In this document: positions 8,389 through 17,245 of the stretch, one piece after another
Layout of the letters: each line of letters begins with the position of its first letter
Numbering within the stretch: position 1 is the first letter of the stretch
Assembly: GCA_043823085.1 (NCBI GenBank)
Contig: JBDRBE010000001.1
Coordinates: 179,110 to 224,481 of the forward strand
From: Candidatus Levyibacteriota bacterium
GTDB taxonomy: Bacteria > Patescibacteriota > Microgenomatia > Levybacterales > UBA12049
DNA length: 45,372 nt
Reading direction: 5' to 3'
Notes under the pieces: model-generated
Seen by the model: the letters and a program-made list of their open reading frames with translations, nothing else
The model's database searches: none
What the model was told of the DNA's origin: nothing
Translations under genes and position numbers: made by a program

Positions 8389-10134
8389 TTAGGACTGCTC
8401 TATCATTGAGGAAATTACTTCTTGGGGAATAATTATTTTTGAAGCTGAAAAAAGTTTGCTTTTTCCTTTTTTTTGCTTTTCCAAAAGCTTATCTTTTCTT
8501 GTTCTGTCCCCGCCCGACATCTTTTTTAAAACATCTTTCCTAAAAGGCGCTACTTCTCCTCGGGAAAGAATTTTTCCATTTGCAACCGCCTGAATAACTT
8601 GCCGGAATTGCCTCTTTGGCAAAGATTCTTTAAGCCTGTCAACTTTGGCAATTGCTCTGTGATTAACTTCATCTTTATAAACAAGTTCCGATAAAATATC
8701 TATTTGTTCGTTATTAATTAAAATTTCCAAATTCAGCAAATCCGCTTTTTCATATCCCAAAAGATTATAATCAAGGCTGGCAAAACCGGAAGTTATACTT
8801 TTTAATTCAGATGAAAATCCACGAATAAACATACTATAAGGCATTATATATTTTAAGACAGCGTAAGCATCATGATAAGAAATATTTTCCAATCTTCCTT
8901 TTTTCTTTTGGCAAAGAGAAATAATATTACCGATAAAAGTCGCCGGCGTATAAACTAATAAATTAATATAGGGCTCAAGGATTGCACCGTCTTCTCCTTT
9001 TTGGTAGAGAACTTGAGGCATAGTTAAAAAAAGATCTATTCCCTCCTCTTGTTTTAATCGTTCTTTGATAATCTCCGCGTGTAAAAGGCCTAAAAAACCA
9101 ACTCGAAATCCGCTGCCCAAATATGCTGAATGTTCTTCGAAGTAAGTTAAAGAAGTATCATTTAAACAAATTTTATCTAAAGCTTTTCGAAGTTTTAGAA
9201 AATCATCGGAATTTTTTGGATAAATTCCATAAAAAACCATGGGCTTGGGAACTTTATACCCCGGGAGTGGTTTTACATTTGCCATTTGCCATTTGCCATT
9301 TGCCATTTCGATGGTGTCGCCCACATGGCAATCATGAATATCCTTAATCCCTGTTATTACATATCCTATTTCTCCTGTTCCCAATTTTTCCGCCGCTTTT
9401 AAAAACGGACTAAAATATCCCACCTCTTTTGCTTCTGTTTTTATTTTGGTTTGATAAAATTCCAAACTTTCTTTTTTTTCAATTTTGCCGTCAACTACCC
9501 TAACATAGGCAATAACACCTTTATGTTCGTCATAAAAAGCGTCAAAGATAAGGGCACGGAGAGGTGAGTCAATTAAACCGTGCGGCGGCGGAATTTTTTC
9601 GACAATTGCATTAATCAAAAGCTCAACGTTTTCGCCTGTTTTTGCCGAGATATAAATAATTTCTTCCTTTTTAAAACCGAAAAAATCCATCAGAGTTTTT
9701 GCAACCAGTTCTATATTGGCATTTGCCAAATCTATTTTGTTTATAACTGGAATCATTACCAAGCCAAGTTCTTTTGCACTATTATAATGAGCAACTGTCT
9801 GGGCTTGAATATTTTGTGTTGCATCAACTAATAACACCGCTCCTTCGCAAGCGGCCAATGTTCTTGAAACTTCATAAGAAAAATCAACATGACCGGGAGT
9901 ATCAATTAAGTTCAGTGTGTAAAGTTCAAAATTCAAAGTGTACTGCATGCGAACAGGAGCTAGTTTGATTGTGATTCCCCTCTCACGGCTGATAGGATTT
10001 TGGTCCAAAAATTGCTCGATCATTTTTTCTTTGGAAATTGTTCCGGTTAATTCCAAAAGCCTATCCGAAAGCGTTGATTTTCCATGATCAACATGGGCAA
10101 TAATGGCAAAATTTCTAATATTCCTTTGTTCCAT
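8389..10134 (-). CDS. lepA: Translation elongation factor 4 (LepA)
   Basis: IRNFAIIAHVDHGKSTL, DTPGHVDF and NKID GTPase motifs. LepA C-terminal domain (GGDRTRKDKLLEKQKKGK). Confidence 0.95.
   Translation of the reverse strand: MEQRNIRNFAIIAHVDHGKSTLSDRLLELTGTISKEKMIEQFLDQNPISRERGITIKLAPVRMQYTLNFELYTLNLIDTPGHVDFSYEVSRTLAACEGAVLLVDATQNIQAQTVAHYNSAKELGLVMIPVINKIDLANANIELVAKTLMDFFGFKKEEIIYISAKTGENVELLINAIVEKIPPPHGLIDSPLRALIFDAFYDEHKGVIAYVRVVDGKIEKKESLEFYQTKIKTEAKEVGYFSPFLKAAEKLGTGEIGYVITGIKDIHDCHVGDTIEMANGKWQMANVKPLPGYKVPKPMVFYGIYPKNSDDFLKLRKALDKICLNDTSLTYFEEHSAYLGSGFRVGFLGLLHAEIIKERLKQEEGIDLFLTMPQVLYQKGEDGAILEPYINLLVYTPATFIGNIISLCQKKKGRLENISYHDAYAVLKYIMPYSMFIRGFSSELKSITSGFASLDYNLLGYEKADLLNLEILINNEQIDILSELVYKDEVNHRAIAKVDRLKESLPKRQFRQVIQAVANGKILSRGEVAPFRKDVLKKMSGGDRTRKDKLLEKQKKGKSKLFSASKIIIPQEVISSMIEQS
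9281..9308. repeat. (GCCATTT)x4 perfect tandem heptamer inside lepA
   Basis: Four exact copies, preceded by a partial ACATTT. Read on the minus strand as EMANGKWQMANVK. Confidence 0.9.
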
Positions 10135-10196
10135 AAAAATGAATCTAAGTTAAGTATAACAGTATACTTTGGTAAGAAGTTAAAAGCAAATAAAAC

Positions 10197-12329
10197 TTAT
10201 GCGGCCTCTGCTAATTCTTCCTCCGCAATCTTTTCAAGGATTGGGAGATAGAGTTTTTTGATTTGTTCGATAACCATTCTGCGAGTCGTGAAATTTTTTG
10301 AAACTTCTATCATCGTCTTTTTCATCCTCATCATCCATTCGTCCTTTCTGTTATAAAACATCGGTGCAATTTCTTCTCTGAAAAACCTATACAGATCATT
10401 CGCGTCTCTTAAATCTACCATCGAAGCTTGACATTCATCCATTTTAGTTGCATCATCATCAACCCTTCCTATGCTCCATCCTTTATCAAACCACTTTACT
10501 TCATCTCCCCATCCATCAATTTCTGTTAAATGTAAATCTCCATTTAAACCAGCTTTCATGCCGCTTGTGCCGCTTGCCTCCATTTTACGCCTCGGAACAT
10601 TTATCCAAAGATCAACTCCGGAAACTAAAAGCCTTGCCAACTCCATATCATACTCACTAACAAAAACTGCTCTTTTTTTTAACCGTAGGTCTTTTATCTT
10701 ACCGTTAATACTAGCTATCATCTCCTTACTGGGTAAATCAGAAGGGTGTGCTTTACCTCCGATAATTATTTGAGTAGGATACATACTATTTCCCACTATT
10801 TCAGAAAGCTGGCTTATATCGGAAAAAAGTAAATTATTCCTTTTGTACATTGCAAATCTTCTGGCAATACAACCAGTCAAATAATCCGGAGAAAGATTAC
10901 AGCCATATTTATCATTTAAGTAAGTAATTAATCTCTTTTTTTGTTCAAGTTTTGCTTCCAATAATTCTTCGCTTGGAATTTCATATATCTTGTTAAATAT
11001 TACTGTGTTATCAAGTTCTTCTCTCCAAGCATTACCAAGATATTTATCAAAAAGATTTTGCATTGGCTCTCCAAGCCAAGTTTCAATATGCGCGCCGTTT
11101 GTAATCGATTCTATTTCTTCTTCTGGATATAACTCCCTTAATTTTTCTGTATGGATTTTGCTTACGCCATTTTTTTTGGCAGAAACATTAAGAGCAAGTC
11201 GCGTCATTGAAAAACCATATTTATCTTCACCAAGAGCGTATAACTCATCTGTACTAACCGGTCTTTCAGGCGTACTCATCCTTTGAGCAAGAGATCCCAA
11301 ATAACGATCTATTTGTTCTTTCGTGAAAAAATCCTGAACAACAATTGTGTGATTTGTAAAAACAGTTCTACCCTGAAGATACCATCCCGCTTTATCCAAA
11401 GGCATACCATTTTCCACCAAATTTGCAATTGCTTCAAGAACAGCAAATGCCGCATGCCCTTCCTGTAAATGATAAATACTCGGCTCTTTACCAAGAGCTT
11501 TTAAAAGACACACTCCGCCAACACCCAAAACTATTTCTTGTCTGATTCTTGCATCATTATCTATAGAGCTGTAAAGATGTCCTGTTATCCACTTGCCTGC
11601 TTCCTTTTCGTTTTCCGGAATATTAGTATCCAATAAATAAAGATTATTACGTCCTATGGCTACTTCCCAAGCTTTGGCAAAAACATCACCATCGCCCATT
11701 GGAATTTTTATCAGGCCAATTTTATTTCCATCTTTATCGACTGCCTCGGTCATAGGAAATTCATGACCGCACTGATCACAATATAATTCTTTTTGTCTGC
11801 CTTCGCTATCAATTTCTTGTTTAAAATATCCGCCTCGATATAAAAGTGAAACATTATCAACAGGCAAACCCATATCGCTTTCTTGACGGGCCACATCGCC
11901 ATTTAACATTCCAAGTCCTCCGGAATAAATTTGCGGGACCTTACCAATTGCAATTTCCAAACTAAATGAAGTAATCGGATGATTTTTTAAATATTCTTTC
12001 TCTTTTGGTGATAAGACTGAGGTTCTCTCAAACCAAGTATCTTTATTCAATAAATATTCCACGTAACCATTGAAAATCGCCGGGATTGATTCTTGAAATC
12101 CATTTGAGTAAACTTTGGTAGCAAAATCATTTGGTTTCATTCTTTGGAGAGCTTGCCAAGGATTATCAGAACCATCGGTTAATTTACCAAGAATCCTTCT
12201 GGCTTGTGTACCTATAGGACCGCGGTGAGAATTTCCTGCAAGCACTTGGCTTAGAAAAAGTAACTTACCTAAAACTAAAGGGTCATTCTCTGATTGCTGA
12301 CCTAAAACTCTCTCGAGAGTTGGTACCAT
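10197..12329 (-). CDS. glgP: Alpha-glucan (glycogen/maltodextrin) phosphorylase, GT35 family
   Basis: 710 aa. SGGLGMLNGD near the N-terminus and the PLP-lysine motif EASGTSGMKAGLNG. Confidence 0.85.
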   Translation of the reverse strand: MVPTLERVLGQQSENDPLVLGKLLFLSQVLAGNSHRGPIGTQARRILGKLTDGSDNPWQALQRMKPNDFATKVYSNGFQESIPAIFNGYVEYLLNKDTWFERTSVLSPKEKEYLKNHPITSFSLEIAIGKVPQIYSGGLGMLNGDVARQESDMGLPVDNVSLLYRGGYFKQEIDSEGRQKELYCDQCGHEFPMTEAVDKDGNKIGLIKIPMGDGDVFAKAWEVAIGRNNLYLLDTNIPENEKEAGKWITGHLYSSIDNDARIRQEIVLGVGGVCLLKALGKEPSIYHLQEGHAAFAVLEAIANLVENGMPLDKAGWYLQGRTVFTNHTIVVQDFFTKEQIDRYLGSLAQRMSTPERPVSTDELYALGEDKYGFSMTRLALNVSAKKNGVSKIHTEKLRELYPEEEIESITNGAHIETWLGEPMQNLFDKYLGNAWREELDNTVIFNKIYEIPSEELLEAKLEQKKRLITYLNDKYGCNLSPDYLTGCIARRFAMYKRNNLLFSDISQLSEIVGNSMYPTQIIIGGKAHPSDLPSKEMIASINGKIKDLRLKKRAVFVSEYDMELARLLVSGVDLWINVPRRKMEASGTSGMKAGLNGDLHLTEIDGWGDEVKWFDKGWSIGRVDDDATKMDECQASMVDLRDANDLYRFFREEIAPMFYNRKDEWMMRMKKTMIEVSKNFTTRRMVIEQIKKLYLPILEKIAEEELAEAA

Positions 12330-12395
12330 AAATAAAATGGTCTTTCTTCTTTAGAGTATGAATAACCTATATTTTTGTCAAGTGTCAATTTAAAA

Positions 12396-14060
12396 TCAGA
12401 CTTTTAGTCTTGTGCCGTCGAGGGCTTCTTCGCTTCCTGCCAAAATTTCTCTCCAGTTGCCGATTTTTTTGAAAAGCAAAATAAAAGTTGACGCTTCTTT
12501 TAGATTTAAAAACCAAGTAAGAAAAAGATACAAAGAAAGTCCGATAAAACTGGAGATACCGGTCAAAAGAATTAAATTAACAGTTCTTGTAGTATCAAAA
12601 ACTAACCTATCCAAAAGTTTTATAGGAATATAAAGGGCAAAACCGGTGAAAAAAGTTGCCAAAATAACTTTAAATAAGGGAACATATAAAGTTTTTTTAT
12701 CAAATCCCCCAATCCTTTTCTCTAAAAAAATCATTGAGACAACAACGTTTATAATACTCATAGTCGAATAGGCAATGGCGATACTTTCTACTCCTAAATG
12801 ATAATAAATTATAAAAAGAGAGCCTAATCCGATCATAAAAAGTGTTGTAATTATTCCAATAATTAGCGGAGTTTTTGTATCGTGAAGAGCATAAAATCCA
12901 CGGGAAATCAAAAACAAAAGTCCTTGAGCAAAAATTGCAAAAGAAAAAAAAGCAAGAGTTCGGCCAGTTAATACTGTCGCTTCCCAATCAAACTGTGACG
13001 CTCCAAAAACCAAACGAACAATGGGAATTCTTAAAACCAAAAAAAGTACCGAAATGGGCAAAATTAAATAAAACATTTGATTAAAACTTGTTATAAAGGT
13101 TATTTTAAATTCCTCCAGTCTATCTTTTTCTCTGGATAAAACAGGAAAAGCCGCTTGGGCGATAGCTTGACCGATTAAAACCATTGGCGCAAAAGCAAGT
13201 GTTTGGGCGTAATCAAAAATAACGTAATTTCTTCCGGCTTGCGGCAGAAAAGAAATAAGTGTAACAGTAATAATACCTCCCAATTGAAAAACAGCAATCG
13301 AAAGAGTTCTTGGCCACATTAAATGCACTACGTCCAAGACTCCTGGAATTTTTATTGATAAGGAAGGCTTAAAAATAAATCCAATTTTTTTAATCATTGG
13401 TAATTGCGCCACAACAAAAATTAAAGCTCCAAGAACAACGCCAATGGCTGGGGCAAAAATTCCAACAGTTGACGAAAGAGTTAAAATGGCAATAATCATG
13501 CCAAGATTGTAGAGCGCTGCGGCAAAACCGGGAATAAAAAAATGATTGTATGACTGCAAAAGAGCCGATAAAAATGCCCCGATAATAAAAAACAATTGCC
13601 CAAAAATAATAATTCTGGTTAAATTTGTCATCAGCTCCATCTGCTCTTTAGTAAATCCGGATCCTAGATTTAAAATCCCAAGAAAAACCGGCGTAAAAAT
13701 TAAAAGTATACTCGAAAAAAATATAAAAACAGAAAGGCCTAAAGTGAGAAGTGTTGAAGCCATTTTATGAGCTTTCTCCTTATCTCCCTTAGAAAGGTAA
13801 TCTGAAAATATTGGAATAAAAGCAGAAGCCAGCGCTCCGGCGATAATTATCTGAAACAGAAAATCAGGCATTTTTGTCGAAGCAATATACACTCCCAGAG
13901 TATTTGAAGGCCCAAAAATTGAAACTAACAACCTCTGACGAATTAAACCCAAAACTTGAGAGAATATGATGGTCGCCATAATGACAAAGGCTGCGGATAA
14001 TATATTTGTTTGTCGGCGCAAAAGAAGTTCTAAACTCTTTTTAAAAAAGCGGTAGGCCAT
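12396..14060 (-). CDS. murJ: Lipid II flippase MurJ (MviN family)
   Basis: 554 aa polytopic membrane protein. MurJ-like N-terminus (...AAFVIMATIIFSQVLGLIRQRLLVSIFG) and about 14 hydrophobic segments. Confidence 0.8.
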   Translation of the reverse strand: MAYRFFKKSLELLLRRQTNILSAAFVIMATIIFSQVLGLIRQRLLVSIFGPSNTLGVYIASTKMPDFLFQIIIAGALASAFIPIFSDYLSKGDKEKAHKMASTLLTLGLSVFIFFSSILLIFTPVFLGILNLGSGFTKEQMELMTNLTRIIIFGQLFFIIGAFLSALLQSYNHFFIPGFAAALYNLGMIIAILTLSSTVGIFAPAIGVVLGALIFVVAQLPMIKKIGFIFKPSLSIKIPGVLDVVHLMWPRTLSIAVFQLGGIITVTLISFLPQAGRNYVIFDYAQTLAFAPMVLIGQAIAQAAFPVLSREKDRLEEFKITFITSFNQMFYLILPISVLFLVLRIPIVRLVFGASQFDWEATVLTGRTLAFFSFAIFAQGLLFLISRGFYALHDTKTPLIIGIITTLFMIGLGSLFIIYYHLGVESIAIAYSTMSIINVVVSMIFLEKRIGGFDKKTLYVPLFKVILATFFTGFALYIPIKLLDRLVFDTTRTVNLILLTGISSFIGLSLYLFLTWFLNLKEASTFILLFKKIGNWREILAGSEEALDGTRLKV

Positions 14061-14061
14061 A

Positions 14062-14090
14062 TTGTTTTTTACAGTATATCATGCTAAAAT
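14062..14090 (+). promoter_or_regulatory. rpsT promoter placed for a leaderless transcript
   Basis: TTGTTT (14062-14067), 17-nt spacer ending in TGC (extended -10), TAAAAT (14085-14090). Then exactly 6 nt to ATG 14097, with no Shine-Dalgarno. A divergent TGATATACT for murJ lies on the other strand (14081-14073). Confidence 0.45.
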
Positions 14091-14096
14091 AACTCA

Positions 14097-14351
14097 ATGC
14101 CAGTAACAAAATCAGCAAAGAAAAAATTAAGACAAGATAAAGAAAGAACAAAAAGAAACAAAAAACTGCTTGGGACTTTGAAAGATCTTATTCACAAGGC
14201 TAAAAAAGAACGAACCCAAAATTCCGTTGAAGATGCAGTAAAAATGGCTGATAAGGCTCGGAAAAAACATCTTATTCATAAAAATAAAGTCGCAAGAATA
14301 AAATCTTCTCTTGCAAAAGTTACCGGAAAGAAAACCCCGGTTAAAAAATAA
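14097..14351 (+). CDS. rpsT: 30S ribosomal protein S20
   Basis: 84 aa, highly basic. N-terminus MPVTKSAKKKLRQDKERTKRNK is typical of S20. Confidence 0.9.
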   Translation: MPVTKSAKKKLRQDKERTKRNKKLLGTLKDLIHKAKKERTQNSVEDAVKMADKARKKHLIHKNKVARIKSSLAKVTGKKTPVKK

Positions 14352-14411
14352 TAAAATTCCCTCATTATTTCCTTTGACAAACATTCAAAAAACTTCTAGA
14401 CTTAATCTATA

Positions 14412-14948
14412 ATGATTAATTCTGTTTCTATAAATTTGGTCGGAGGAAAAAATAAGAATATTTTAGATAAATTTATAAAATGGGCACTAACAATCGGAAG
14501 AGTGGTAGTTATAGTTACCGAAGCCGTTGCCCTTGGAACTTTTCTTTATCGTTTTTCGCTTGATCAACAACTTATTGATCTTCATGGCAGTATAAAAAGC
14601 AAACAAGAAATAATTAAATTTTCAAAAAATACCGAAGATAAATATCGAAACCTCCAGGCAAGACTCTCTGCAGCCTCAAAATTATCAAATGTTGGAAAAG
14701 AAACAACTGACCTTTTTCAAAATATTTTGGACTCTGCTCCACAAGATCTTATTTTTAATAATATTATTTTATCCCAAGATTATATAAAAATTGCAGCGAG
14801 AGTTCAATCTTCAGAATCACTCTCAAATTTTATAGATACACTTAAAAAAAATCCTGAAGTGAGTTCCATAAGCATTGATCAAATAGAAAATAAAACATCA
14901 AATGCAACAATCACTGTTAGTATTACAGCTATGCTCAATAAAAAATAA
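14412..14948 (+). CDS. PilN-like type IV pilus assembly protein
   Basis: N-terminal INL(V) motif, single TM helix, coiled coil, then a C-terminal alpha/beta segment. This is the PilN architecture. Confidence 0.45.
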   Translation: MINSVSINLVGGKNKNILDKFIKWALTIGRVVVIVTEAVALGTFLYRFSLDQQLIDLHGSIKSKQEIIKFSKNTEDKYRNLQARLSAASKLSNVGKETTDLFQNILDSAPQDLIFNNIILSQDYIKIAARVQSSESLSNFIDTLKKNPEVSSISIDQIENKTSNATITVSITAMLNKK

Positions 14949-14953
14949 ATCAT

Positions 14954-15577
14954 ATGAGCTTTGTAAGCGATATTTCAAAAAACATTCCTAAAAAATATCT
15001 TGACCTTCTGCCAAAACTGCAGGAAGAAAAGACAAAAAATTTTACAACTATTACTTTTACATTAATTGCTCTATCTTTTTTTGGAATTTTTGCTATTAGC
15101 CCAACTCTTTCAACCATTGCTCAATTAAAAAAAGAGCTTACCGATAATATTTTTGTTAACGAAAAACTCCAAGAAAAAATTGTAAATCTTAGCATTCTCT
15201 CCCAAGAATATAGCCTACTGAGTGATGACCTCTCTATTATTCTCTCCGCCATCCCGCAAAAGCCAAACACTGCAATTTTAATCGGGCAGATTCAAACGCT
15301 TGCCAAAAATTCCAACATTATAATTCAAAAAATTCAATCATATGAAGTTGAATTAACCAAAAAAGCAGAAGAAACGGATCAATATTCTTCTTACGCTTTC
15401 TCCATTGAAGGACAAGCCGGATCCTACAAAGATATTAACCTCTTCCTCTCTTCGATGATAAATTTTGATAGACTTACTACAATAGACATTATCTCTGTCA
15501 ATAATCAATCTGAAAGTTTGGGAGAAGAACAAACATTAAGTTTTTCCATAAGAGGAAAGGCATATTTCAAAAGATAA
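14954..15577 (+). CDS. PilO-like bitopic membrane protein
   Basis: Short cytoplasmic N-terminus, one TM helix, coiled coil (LKKELTDNIFVNEKLQEKIVNL) and a C-terminal globular part. Lies next to the pilN-like gene. Confidence 0.4.
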   Translation: MSFVSDISKNIPKKYLDLLPKLQEEKTKNFTTITFTLIALSFFGIFAISPTLSTIAQLKKELTDNIFVNEKLQEKIVNLSILSQEYSLLSDDLSIILSAIPQKPNTAILIGQIQTLAKNSNIIIQKIQSYEVELTKKAEETDQYSSYAFSIEGQAGSYKDINLFLSSMINFDRLTTIDIISVNNQSESLGEEQTLSFSIRGKAYFKR

Positions 15578-15581
15578 TTCT

Positions 15582-15881
15582 ATGAAACAAAAAGAAATTT
15601 TGTGGTTCCTTATTTCAACTTTTATTCTTGTTGTCCTGTGGATAGTTTTAAGTATTTACCATAATTCGGTGACATCAACTATTTCGAAACCGCTAGCAAT
15701 ACAAATAATGCCAATTAAACCTAACTTTGACAAAGAAACAATCAATCGCCTCAAAGAAAGAAAAGTGATAAATCCTGTTCTCCAATTGCAAGAAAAAATC
15801 TTCATCAGTCCGTCTCCAACCGCTTCGCCTCCTAATATAACAACAATAATACCAACAATAAAAATAACTTCTTCGCCATGA
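15582..15881 (+). CDS. Small bitopic membrane protein with a P/T/S-rich tail
   Basis: 99 aa with an N-terminal TM helix. ATGA overlap with the next gene. Confidence 0.4.
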   Translation: MKQKEILWFLISTFILVVLWIVLSIYHNSVTSTISKPLAIQIMPIKPNFDKETINRLKERKVINPVLQLQEKIFISPSPTASPPNITTIIPTIKITSSP

Positions 15882-17245
15882 AAAAAACCATTTGGAATAA
15901 ACGAATCCCCACGCTGTTGGGAATATTATTAATTGCAATCGGAATTGGATTGACGTCGTTCTTGGTTCAAAGCGGAACTAATCTCATAGGAAAAGCCACG
16001 CCTTCAGAAACACCGGAGAATGTAAGAATTACCAATGTTTCGGACAATTCTTTTACTGTATCCTACATTACTTCCGAGCGTGTAACTGGAACTATTTCTT
16101 TTGGTAAAGAAAATACTTTAGGAGAAAACGTTGGCGATGACAGAGATCAAAAAGACGGAATACCAAGAAAATACAAAACTCATCATGTTACAGTCCGAAA
16201 CCTTTCAGCTTCTACAAAATATTACTTCAACATCGTTTCTGGAGAAAATTCTTTTTTGAACGACAACGAACCTTTTAATGTTACAACCGGACCAACTATA
16301 GACACCCCGCCTTCCAACCAAAATCCTGTTGTTGGAAAAGTAACTTTATTAGATGGAACCAGTCCCAGCGAAGCGATTGCTTATCTTGTTCCAAAGAATT
16401 TAGGTCAAAGTATTTCAACGACTGTCAAATCCGACGGAAATTATATTCTTCCTCTTAATGCCATAAGAAATACTGATTTAAATTCTTATCTTACTTTTTC
16501 GCAGGACACAAGTTTAGAAATGTTAATTATTGAATCAGAACAAAAATCAACTATTCTTTTGACTCCAAAACAAATAAATCCGGTTCCGCCAATAACCCTT
16601 TCAAAAAACTACGATTTTACAATTGATAATTCTCCAGTTGCTCAAATTTCCGAAAGCGTTGGTTTTCCGTCATTTTCGGCAAAACCTATTACAAAAAATC
16701 CACAAATTTTAACTCCTAAAAAAGATGAAACATTTACCGATCAAAAACCTCTTTTCAAAGGAACTTCACTTCCTGGAAGCGATATAAAAATAACCATTCA
16801 CTCCGATGAAAATTTAGAAGTAAATATCCAAGCCGATAATAAAGGGAATTGGTCTTATCGGCCGGAAAATACTTTATCTGCCGGAGAACACACCATCTCA
16901 ATTACAACCCGTGATGTAAATGGAATCCTCAAAACTATTAGTCAGTCTTTTGTCGTTTATGCACAAGGAAGTCAAGTCGACAAATCAGCCACAACTTCTG
17001 CCACGCCAACTCAGAAGATTACTCCAATAGAAACTCCATCTGTAACCCCTTCGTCATCCTTATCGCCAACTCCAATTCCAACCAGTGAACCAACAACAAC
17101 TTCTCCGCCAATAATAGTACCGGAAAAAGAAACGATTTCTCCTCCCGGCAATTCAACACTTGAAACCTTTATACTGGTCTTTATCGGGACAATTTTAACT
17201 GGTATAATTCTCTTCATTAAAACTCGCAGGAGTGCTTCTTTATGA
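15878..17245 (+). CDS. Surface protein with FN3-like and Ig-like domains and a C-terminal TM helix plus basic tail
   Basis: N-terminal TM helix. FN3-like block (PENVRITNVSDNSFTVSYIT...HHVTVRNLSASTKYYFNIVSG). Ig-like block (ILTPKKDETFTDQKPLFKGTSLPGSDIKITIHSD...GEHTISITTRD). P/T/S linker, then PPGNS + TM + KTRRSASL. Confidence 0.55.
   Translation: MKKTIWNKRIPTLLGILLIAIGIGLTSFLVQSGTNLIGKATPSETPENVRITNVSDNSFTVSYITSERVTGTISFGKENTLGENVGDDRDQKDGIPRKYKTHHVTVRNLSASTKYYFNIVSGENSFLNDNEPFNVTTGPTIDTPPSNQNPVVGKVTLLDGTSPSEAIAYLVPKNLGQSISTTVKSDGNYILPLNAIRNTDLNSYLTFSQDTSLEMLIIESEQKSTILLTPKQINPVPPITLSKNYDFTIDNSPVAQISESVGFPSFSAKPITKNPQILTPKKDETFTDQKPLFKGTSLPGSDIKITIHSDENLEVNIQADNKGNWSYRPENTLSAGEHTISITTRDVNGILKTISQSFVVYAQGSQVDKSATTSATPTQKITPIETPSVTPSSSLSPTPIPTSEPTTTSPPIIVPEKETISPPGNSTLETFILVFIGTILTGIILFIKTRRSASL

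Noticed and set aside
12330-12395. Tandem TTGACA-CT-TTGACA upstream of the phosphorylase gene as a double promoter
   Set aside because: No convincing -10 hexamer lies 16-18 nt from either -35 box, so it is left unannotated.
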